Below, one piece after another: positions 25,501-32,000 of a stretch of DNA of 32,000 nucleotides. The first letter of the stretch is position 1, and the number at the start of each line of letters is the position of its first letter. The notes under the pieces are model-generated. The model was given only the letters and a program-made list of their open reading frames with translations, was not told the DNA's origin and ran no database searches. The position numbers and the translations under genes are program-made. Location of the stretch: assembly GCF_009831105.1 (NCBI RefSeq), contig NZ_WUUQ01000001.1:840001-872000 (forward strand), in the 5' to 3' direction. The DNA is from Copranaerobaculum intestinale. GTDB taxonomy: Bacteria > Bacillota_I > Bacilli_A > Erysipelotrichales > Erysipelotrichaceae.

Positions 25501-26738
25501 AGCAGTTTTTTACCGTACTGCGCTTTGAACTGCTGTCAATGATCCGTGCAAAAAGCTATGTGGTATCAACGGTAATTATCTCTTTGATTATTGTGATAGG
25601 ACTTAATGTCCCCAATATCATACATGCGTTCAATGGCGATGACAGCAAGCAGGAAGACGGCATTGGAGATGTTTTTTCAGATGAGAAAGCAACCTATGCA
25701 GTTTATGATGAAAAGGGCATTATGAATGCGAAAGACCTGAAAGCGTATTTTCCGAATACGAAGCTTTTGCAGGCAAAAGATACTTCTGATATGAAAAAAC
25801 TGGTGGAAAATGAAAAGGCCGATGCGGGATTTGAAATTACCAGCCTGACTTCTTATGACTACTATGTTAAAAATACGTCCATGTACGATTCTAATACTCA
25901 GCTGTTTGATCAGGTCATGACACAGAATTATCGTTTATCACAGTTTCGCGAAATGAACATCGACGGGAATAAAGTCAATCAGATCTTATCGACGCAGATT
26001 ACTCATGAGGAAAAAATACTGGGTAAGGACGGTGTGAAAAACTATGCCTATACCTATGTACTGATCATGGTTATCTATATGATGATCATTATGCACGGTC
26101 AGCAGATTTCCATGAATGTCGCAAGCGAGAAAAGCAATCGTTCAATTGAAATTTTGGTTACCAGTGTGGACAGCAATGCGTTGATTTTCGGTAAGGTAAT
26201 TGCCGGCGCACTGGCAGGTATTTGTCAGGTTGCTTTCCTATTGGCGGTCGGCGGCATTACGTATTCCATGACAGCCGCTTCCTGGGGCAATGCCCTAGAT
26301 ATGCTGTTTCATATTCCGCCGCAGGTATTGCTGAGCTTCGCGGCCTTTGGTATCGTCGGATACTTCTTCTATATCTTCATTTATGGCGCGCTGGGTGCAC
26401 TTGTGTCCCGTACTGAAGATATTGGCTCTGCCGCAACGCCGATCACAATCGTCTTTGTAATCGTATTCTTCGTTACCTTCATCGGCATGAATGATATGGG
26501 AGGATCCATGGTGAAAATTGCTTCCTTCATTCCATTCAGTTCATTCATGACCATGTTTGTACGGATTTCGATGGGTACGGTAACGTTGATTGAGATTCTT
26601 GTTTCCTTCATAATTCTGCTTGCTTCAACAATCCTGGTAGGATTTGGTGCGGCGAAGATCTATCGTAAGGGAACTTTGATGTACGGCAATACGATTAAGT
26701 TCAAGAATGCTTTGAAATTTCTGAAGCATAAGGATTAA
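25497..26738 (+). CDS. ABC-2 family permease (NatB-like): N-terminal TM helix, large extracytoplasmic loop, C-terminal TM bundle
   Basis: Its start overlaps the ATPase stop (ATGA). Its topology and size (413 aa) are typical of NatB-type ABC-2 permeases. Confidence 0.8.
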   Translation: MKQFFTVLRFELLSMIRAKSYVVSTVIISLIIVIGLNVPNIIHAFNGDDSKQEDGIGDVFSDEKATYAVYDEKGIMNAKDLKAYFPNTKLLQAKDTSDMKKLVENEKADAGFEITSLTSYDYYVKNTSMYDSNTQLFDQVMTQNYRLSQFREMNIDGNKVNQILSTQITHEEKILGKDGVKNYAYTYVLIMVIYMMIIMHGQQISMNVASEKSNRSIEILVTSVDSNALIFGKVIAGALAGICQVAFLLAVGGITYSMTAASWGNALDMLFHIPPQVLLSFAAFGIVGYFFYIFIYGALGALVSRTEDIGSAATPITIVFVIVFFVTFIGMNDMGGSMVKIASFIPFSSFMTMFVRISMGTVTLIEILVSFIILLASTILVGFGAAKIYRKGTLMYGNTIKFKNALKFLKHKD

Positions 26739-26743
26739 TGTAA

Positions 26744-26779
26744 AACAGATGCGAGAAACAAACCGCATCTGTTTTTTTG
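26744..26779 (+). terminator. Intrinsic terminator after the ABC-2 operon
   Basis: The stem AACAGATGCG / CGCATCTGTT is followed by T7. Confidence 0.85.
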
Positions 26780-26923
26780 ATTTATTCAAATAGGAAACAT
26801 ACAAACTTATTAGGTGTTTGGCTGAGCAAGAAGTTTCGTTATTTTTTGAATGAAGTAACAATTGAAAGCTGAGCAAATAGGAAGCTTCTGTTTGGAAATG
26901 ATTATAATGATGAAATCACCGAT

Positions 26924-27979
26924 TTGATCGGCGAGCTGGATGAAGCAGAAAGTGCTGAAGTGCTGAGAAAGATGAACAAAGAGGATCAGGAGAATGTCCG
27001 CCGGTTAATGGAATATGATCCGGAAACCGCAGCGGGCATTATGTCCACAGAGTTCATTGCCATTCATTCTCATAATACGGTTATGGATACCCTGAAATTT
27101 CTTCAGAGCCATACCGATGATGATACAGACTACTATTTATATGTGACTGATCCGCAGGGATACCTAAAGGGAGTGATTTCACTTCGCCATATTGTAAGTT
27201 CGACATTTGATACACCGATCATGGATATTATCAATCCCGATGTGATCACAGTTCATCAGGACGATGATCAGGAGGCAGTTGCCCATCAATTTGAAAAGTA
27301 TGGCTTTATCATGATGCCGGTTGTTGATGATGAAAACCGGATGATCGGAGTTATCAGTTTTGATGATATCATGGAAATCATTCAGGAAGAGAATACCGAA
27401 GATATTCATCATTTAGGAGGACTGAATAAAGAAGAACGCGTAGATAGTACCTTTAAAGAATCGGTGAATAGCCGTTTACCGTGGCTGATTGTGAATTTGG
27501 GCACGGCTATCCTGGCGGCATTTGTTGTCTCGCAGTTTGAATCTACCATTTCCAAGGTAGTTACCCTGGCGGCGATCATGCCGATCATCACAGGCATGGG
27601 CGGTAATGCCGGTACACAATCGATGACCTTGATAGTTCGCGGTATTTCACTTGAAGAGCTGACCGGCGAAAATGCTTGGTCGGTATTTCGCAAGGAAGTA
27701 AGTGTTGGAATGGTTGACGGCATAGTGGTCGGTATGATCATGGGACTGCTTGCGTTTGTTTTTGAAGGAAATGTTGTATTTGCGGCGATTGCCGGGATTG
27801 CAATGTTTTTGAATATGCTGATGGCGAATACTGCCGGCTTTGTCATTCCGGTGATCTTGAAGAAGCTGCATATCGATCCTGCGTTGGCATCTACCGTGTT
27901 TGTGACGACGGTTACTGATGTGTTGGGCTTTTTCTTCTTTCTGGGCTTGGCTACCGTGGTGCTTCCCTACATTGCATAA
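26924..27979 (+). CDS. mgtE: Magnesium transporter MgtE, N-terminally short (lacks about 90-100 aa of the canonical N-domain); start codon uncertain
   Basis: It has a CBS pair (GIMSTEFIAI..., VISFDDIMEI), the connecting helix EDIHHLGG, and the TM domain with MPIITGMGGNAGTQS and DPALASTVFVTTVTDVLGF. The ORF opens only 17 codons upstream of a TTG, after an in-frame TGA at 26870-26872. There is no SD. Confidence 0.8.
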   Translation: MIGELDEAESAEVLRKMNKEDQENVRRLMEYDPETAAGIMSTEFIAIHSHNTVMDTLKFLQSHTDDDTDYYLYVTDPQGYLKGVISLRHIVSSTFDTPIMDIINPDVITVHQDDDQEAVAHQFEKYGFIMMPVVDDENRMIGVISFDDIMEIIQEENTEDIHHLGGLNKEERVDSTFKESVNSRLPWLIVNLGTAILAAFVVSQFESTISKVVTLAAIMPIITGMGGNAGTQSMTLIVRGISLEELTGENAWSVFRKEVSVGMVDGIVVGMIMGLLAFVFEGNVVFAAIAGIAMFLNMLMANTAGFVIPVILKKLHIDPALASTVFVTTVTDVLGFFFFLGLATVVLPYIA

Positions 27980-28168
27980 ATGACGCTTACCGCATGATAA
28001 GAACCGCTTCTTTTTTGGTGAAAGATAGCTATGGATTATTTTATGCGTTCAATCTTAACTACGGTTACTATTTTTTTGATTCTCATATATGCAGCGCTGA
28101 AAGGTGGGTACTAGGATGAATGTCGATTTTATTCGTTGGCAGAACGTTTTGATAAGGAGTGAAGCAGT

Positions 28169-28438
28169 ATGAAAGTACGATTGACGGTTACGAAGAGCAG
28201 ATGCCGAAGCGGCTATCTGCGCGAGGGAGACGTATACATTGTCGATGATTTATGTCCGCCGTTGTGCCATGAATTTTGGAATATTATGTACCCTTCAATT
28301 TATGCGCTGCAAAATGGAGCGGAGCTTGACTATGGAACCTTGCGCTCACGGCAGTTTGATGCGGTGTGTCCCGACGAAGGCCGGGTGCGGATTCACGGTG
28401 AGGTGATCGAGGAAATAAAAATGCCGGATGAATTATGA
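28169..28438 (+). CDS. TIGR04076-like small Cys-containing protein (89 aa)
   Basis: SD AAGGAG. The pattern MKV.LTV.KS.C.SGY..GD.Y.V.D.CPP.CH..W resembles the TIGR04076 family as recalled from memory. Confidence 0.65.
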   Translation: MKVRLTVTKSRCRSGYLREGDVYIVDDLCPPLCHEFWNIMYPSIYALQNGAELDYGTLRSRQFDAVCPDEGRVRIHGEVIEEIKMPDEL

Positions 28439-28549
28439 ATTGAAAAGCAATTTTGTATAAATAAAACAATTTCGAATCCAAAATTTTCAAAATAAACGGG
28501 AATTTATAGTATATAAGTAAGATTTTTATCGAAAACAGGTAATCTTATC

Positions 28550-28579
28550 TTGTCATAAAAGGAACACCTATTATATAAT
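28550..28579 (+). promoter_or_regulatory. Sigma-A-type promoter of the riboswitch-permease unit (-35 TTGTCA, 18-nt spacer, -10 TATAAT)
   Basis: TTGTCA lies at 28550-28555 and TATAAT at 28574-28579, about 20 nt upstream of the riboswitch P1 stem. Confidence 0.6.
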
Positions 28580-28598
28580 AATAAAGTCTTTTTGATTT

Positions 28599-28662
28599 GT
28601 CGTATATGCTTTCTGGAAGGTGAAAGCGTTTCTACCCGATGGCCTATCCATCGGACTACGAG
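28599..28662 (+). promoter_or_regulatory. Purine riboswitch aptamer, guanine/hypoxanthine class (C at the specificity position)
   Basis: - P1: UCGUA/UACGA
- J1/2: UAUG
- P2: CUUUC/GAAAG
- Conserved J2/3: GUUUCUA
- P3: CCGAUGG/CCAUCGG
- J3/1: A-C, followed by U

It sits upstream of an NCS2 purine permease. Confidence 0.85.
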
Positions 28663-28675
28663 GAACCAAAACCAA

Positions 28676-28710
28676 AGCCTTCTGCATCCTGCAGGGCTTT
28701 TTCTATTTTT
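28676..28710 (+). terminator. Riboswitch expression-platform terminator
   Basis: An imperfect stem AGCCTTCTGCA / TGCAGGGCT is followed by TTTTTCTATTTTT, 35 nt before the permease start. Confidence 0.7.
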
Positions 28711-28744
28711 ACGACGGTCACTAGGAGATAGAAAGAGGGTACAT

Positions 28745-30058
28745 ATGTTAGAAAAGTTTTTTAAACTGAAAGAAAAAGGGACATCTGTCAAAACGGAAGT
28801 TATGGCGGGTCTTACTACTTTCCTTGCCATGGCGTATATTCTTGCCGTGAATCCAAACTTGCTGTCCGCTACAGGGATGAATTATCAATCCGTATTCCTG
28901 GCTACGGCAATTTCTGCCGGTATTGCGACATTGGTTATGGGATTGGTGGCAAACTATCCGGTTGCTTTGGCTCCGGGCATGGGCGTAAATGCGTTATTTG
29001 CATTCACGATCTGCGGCTCAATGGGCTTCAGCTGGCAAGCGGCTTTAGCCGGTGTCTTTGTTTCCGGTATTCTGTTTTTGGTTATTTCTGTTACAGGTAT
29101 TCGTAAAGCGATTATTGATGCGATTCCGGCTCAGCTGAAATTGGCGATCGGTGCCGGCATCGGATTCTTCATCGCCTTGATCGGCTTGAAAAATGCCGGT
29201 ATTGTAGTTGGAAATCCCGATACCTTAGTTGCTTTAGGGAAACTATCCGATCCTGCGGTGCTGCTTGCGATTTTTGGAATCTTGGTAACGCTGGCACTGC
29301 TGGCACGCAAAATCCCGGCAGCAGTGTTCTATGGCTTGGTTATTACCGCAGTAGTTGGTGTTATTCTTGGTGTTTGCGGTGTAGAGGGGATGCCTCAGCT
29401 GCCAAAAGCAGTTGTACAATTTAAATTTGATATGCCGACCTTTGGGGCGTTTGCAAGCGGCTTTGAAGAACTGTTCACGCATCCGCAAAGCATCGTGGCG
29501 ATTTTCTCTTTACTATTCGTAGATTTCTTTGATACAGCCGGAACGTTGGTTGCGGTTGCGAACCGTGCTAATCTGGTAAAAGAGGACGGAGAGCTGGAAA
29601 ATGTAGAAAGAGCAATGCTTTCTGACGCAGTCGGTACAGTTGCCGGTGCGGTCTTAGGCACTTCTACGGTAACATCCTTTGTTGAATCTACATCCGGTGT
29701 TGAGGTTGGCGGACGTACCGGTCTGACTGCCTGCACAACCGGTATTCTGTTCTTCTTATCTATTATATTCTTCCCGTTGCTGGCAACGGTAACAAATGCT
29801 GTAACCGCACCGGCACTGATTATCGTCGGTATTCTGATGGCACAGCAGCTCGGTCATATAGACTGGACAGATTTTGTCTTCGCTGCTTCCGGCTTTGTGA
29901 CGATCATCATGATGATTCTGACTTACTCTATTTCTACCGGTATCGCACTGGGATTCATCACCTATGCAATTACCATGCTTGCGACTGGTAAAGTAAAGGA
30001 AATCAAACCAATCATCTGGGCTCTGTTAGTTATCTTCGTAATTTATTTTACTATTTAA
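28745..30058 (+). CDS. pbuG: NCS2/AzgA-family guanine-hypoxanthine permease
   Basis: The start is moved to the ATG at 28745 (MLEKFFKLKEKGTSVKTEVMAGLTTFLAMAYILAVNP). This N-terminal motif and the 12-13 TM pattern are typical of PbuG/PbuO. It is preceded by the guanine riboswitch. Confidence 0.9.
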   Translation: MLEKFFKLKEKGTSVKTEVMAGLTTFLAMAYILAVNPNLLSATGMNYQSVFLATAISAGIATLVMGLVANYPVALAPGMGVNALFAFTICGSMGFSWQAALAGVFVSGILFLVISVTGIRKAIIDAIPAQLKLAIGAGIGFFIALIGLKNAGIVVGNPDTLVALGKLSDPAVLLAIFGILVTLALLARKIPAAVFYGLVITAVVGVILGVCGVEGMPQLPKAVVQFKFDMPTFGAFASGFEELFTHPQSIVAIFSLLFVDFFDTAGTLVAVANRANLVKEDGELENVERAMLSDAVGTVAGAVLGTSTVTSFVESTSGVEVGGRTGLTACTTGILFFLSIIFFPLLATVTNAVTAPALIIVGILMAQQLGHIDWTDFVFAASGFVTIIMMILTYSISTGIALGFITYAITMLATGKVKEIKPIIWALLVIFVIYFTI

Positions 30059-30067
30059 TAAAAAATT

Positions 30068-30092
30068 GGACGGAATTTATCGTCCTTTTTTT
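30068..30092 (+). terminator. Intrinsic terminator after the permease
   Basis: The stem GGACG / CGTCC has an 8-nt loop and is followed by T7. Confidence 0.7.
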
Positions 30093-30345
30093 GAGGTGAT
30101 TACATTCTTTACCGCGTGTTTACGAAGCTGAGAAACGATTGATTTTTATGATTTTCTTAATTAATAGATGGCTATTCGTGATATGAAGGCAGGCTTGCAT
30201 GAAATAGCCGCTTTGAATATTATGATATTGGATCATATGAAAATGGAAGTCATCGAGCGACTTGTGATTATTCAATTCAATAAAATCATATAAACTGGCA
30301 GCGCTGGTACCGGCTGGCTGTACTTTTGTGAAATCAAATCAGTTT

Positions 30346-30377
30346 AACAATAAACAGGCAAAAGCCTATTTATTGTT
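30346..30377 (-). terminator. Long hairpin overlapping the rarA stop codon (possible terminator)
   Basis: The 14-nt arms AACAATAAACAGGC / GCCTATTTATTGTT have one mismatch and a 4-nt loop. The downstream minus-strand tract is only moderately T-rich. Confidence 0.4.
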
Positions 30378-31694
30378 AGGTTGATGAGCGTCCCGCCATG
30401 CTTTGATCTGTTTGAGCCGTTCCTGTACGCGGGACTCTGAGCCTTGATTTGTCGGGTGATAATAAGAACGATTAACCAAAGAATCAGGCATGCATTGCAT
30501 ATCGGTAATTTTGTCTTCATAATCATGCGCGTACTGATAATTTTCACCGTAATGAAGCTCCTTCATCAGGGATGTCGGAGCGTTTCGTATTTGCAGCGGA
30601 ACCGGTTCAGCGAGCATTTCCTGCGCATCGGCTTTCGCGGCATTATATGCCATATACAAGGCATTTGATTTCGGTGCCAATGACAGATAGGTAACGGCAT
30701 GCGTTAAGTGCACGTTGCATTCGGGCATACCAAGAAAGTGAGCGGCCTGGTAAGCCGCAATACAAATTTGCAGCGCCCGGCTGTCTGCCATGCCGACGTC
30801 CTCACTCGCAAAACGAACAAGCCGCCGAGCCACATACAGCGGATCCTCTCCTGCTTCCAGCATTCTGGCAAGCCAATAAATCGCCGCATCGACATCGCTG
30901 TTACGCATAGACTTATGTAAAGCGGAGATTAAATTATAATGTTCTTCTCCCTGCTTATCATACAGAAGGGATTTTTTTGAGATGCACTGTTCCAGCACCT
31001 CCTTATTGATAAAGGTGACACCATCTTTTTCCTGACCGTTCAGAATGACCATTTCCAAGGTATTGAGTGCGGTTCGGGCATCTCCGTTGGCAAAGCGGGC
31101 AATCATGGAAAGCATTCCCGGCTCGATATGGATGTTTTGACTGCCGAAGCCGCGGGGATGATGAAGCGCTTGTTCCAGTAATTCCACAAGGTCATTTTCT
31201 TCTAGTGCCTGCAGTACAAAGACTTTGCATCGTGATAGTAATGCCGAGTTCACTTCAAAGGATGGATTCTCGGTGGTTGCCCCAATCAGGATGATGCTGC
31301 CTTTTTCCACAAACGGCAGAAAGGCATCCTGCTGCGCCTTATTGAAACGATGAATTTCATCGACAAACAAGATGGTTTTTTCACCGAGAAGCCGGGTCTG
31401 CTCAGCTCGCTGCATCACTTCTTTGATTTCTTTAATACCACTGGTAACCGCACTGAAATTGATAAAATTCGCTTTGGTCTTGCGGGCGATGATCTGCGCC
31501 AAGGTAGTTTTTCCAACGCCCGGAGGTCCCCAGAAAATCATCGAGGATATCTGATCGTGCATAATCAGATTGTAGAGAACCTTTCCTTCTTTCATTAAGT
31601 GCTTCTGTCCGCAAAATTCACTGAGCCGCCGTGGCCGTATGCGATTTGCGAGCGGCTCCTGCACCTCTTGTTCAAACAATGTATGCTGTTCCAT
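30366..31694 (-). CDS. rarA: Replication-associated recombination protein A (MgsA/RarA AAA+ ATPase)
   Basis: 442 aa. Motifs seen: Walker [10 protein letters not shown], Walker [12 protein letters not shown], sensor GATTENP, and the C-terminal MgsA domain ([31 protein letters not shown]). SD AGGTGAG. Confidence 0.92.
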
Positions 31695-31944
31695 TATCTC
31701 ACCTGCTTTATGATTTCTATTATATCACAGGGAGCAGAAATAGCCGGATGGTATCCTTGAATTTTAACGGAATTCATTTATTATATAAAATATAAAAAGA
31801 AAAAAAGAGAGATAGGTAATAAACTGAAGTTTTTATAGGAGGATCCCCTTGGCTTTTCTGAAAAGGCTCAAAAGGTTTTACTGTTAAAAGCAGCGATTTT
31901 ATACTATAATAGGAAAAGACTAAAAGACAGTAAGAGGTGAGTAC

Positions 31945-32000
31945 ATGAGTTATTTGATTACAACGCCTTATATCATAAAGGATCTCAAGCCGTTAAAAGA
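31945..32000 (+). CDS. 5' end of an unidentified ORF (MSYLITTPYIIKDLKPLK...), running out of the window
   Basis: The ATG has AAGAGGTGAG upstream, and a TATAAT lies at 31905-31910. Too little sequence is present to identify it. Confidence 0.3.
   Translation, partial: MSYLITTPYIIKDLKPLK

Noticed and set aside
26739-26923. Looked for an M-box (Mg2+) riboswitch upstream of mgtE
   Set aside because: Only about 145 nt lie between the upstream terminator and the start, and no M-box-like conserved stems were recognisable. The region is too short for that element.
27409-27846. 145-aa reverse-strand ORF inside mgtE, plus 27647-27871 and 27179-27412
   Set aside because: It is antisense to the conserved MgtE TM/CBS region. 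It looks like a shadow ORF created by codon bias.
28504-28830. 108-aa reverse ORF, and the 28592 TTG start that extends the permease by 51 codons
   Set aside because: This stretch folds into a purine riboswitch plus terminator. The permease has a conserved-looking N-terminus starting at the ATG at 28745.
30168-30293. 41-aa ORF (MAIRDMKAGLHEIAALNIMILDHMKMEVIERLVIIQFNKII) between the permease and rarA
   Set aside because: It has no Shine-Dalgarno sequence, no obvious promoter and no recognisable family. It is most likely a chance ORF in AT-rich spacer.
1-32000. Scanned for CRISPR arrays, tRNA/rRNA genes, integrase/transposase genes and IS-type inverted repeats
   Set aside because: None were seen. 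There are no regularly spaced direct repeats and no cloverleaf-like or rRNA-like segments. Every long ORF is accounted for by other functions. The prophage integrase end must lie outside the window.

Overview
This window looks like a moderately AT-rich Bacillota-type chromosome, with SD-led genes, tightly coupled operons and Rho-independent terminators. All calls are by-eye reading of the sequence and ORF track; no database search was run.

**1 to ~6.8 kb: right (late) arm of a siphovirus-like prophage.** It carries the tape-measure C-terminus, Dit, Tal, a long tail fibre (FN3 plus a C-terminal HxH-repeat domain), two small membrane proteins that look like a holin module (one is 59 aa and missing from the ORF track), and an amidase-type endolysin.

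**6.8 to 9.0 kb: AT-rich accessory zone.** It holds a reverse-strand lipoprotein, an unlisted 43-aa acidic peptide with its own promoter and terminator, and a His-rich 197-aa orphan protein with a lysine-rich tail sitting directly upstream of msrA.

**Rest of the window: host genes.**
- msrA and a DedA-family protein
- FtsX-type ABC permease and ATPase with an OmpR-type regulator and histidine kinase
- isoaspartyl dipeptidase
- a translationally coupled envelope operon: GT4, a UPF0104/LPG-synthase-TM-like protein, GT4 fused in frame to a full RecX, YhaM, DagK
- a stand-alone AAA_21/ABC-type ATPase of the kind common in defence islands
- a NatAB-like ABC-2 exporter
- an MgtE lacking most of its N-domain
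- a TIGR04076-like protein
- a guanine riboswitch with an NCS2 purine permease
- rarA on the reverse strand

No rRNA, tRNA, CRISPR array, transposase or integrase was seen.

**Best candidates for something undescribed:**
1. the post-lysis accessory locus (6838-9027), especially the 197-aa orphan
2. the solitary AAA_21-like ATPase (23364-24497) with an apparent H-loop His-to-Gln change
3. the GT4::RecX fusion

None of these can be assigned a function from sequence alone.
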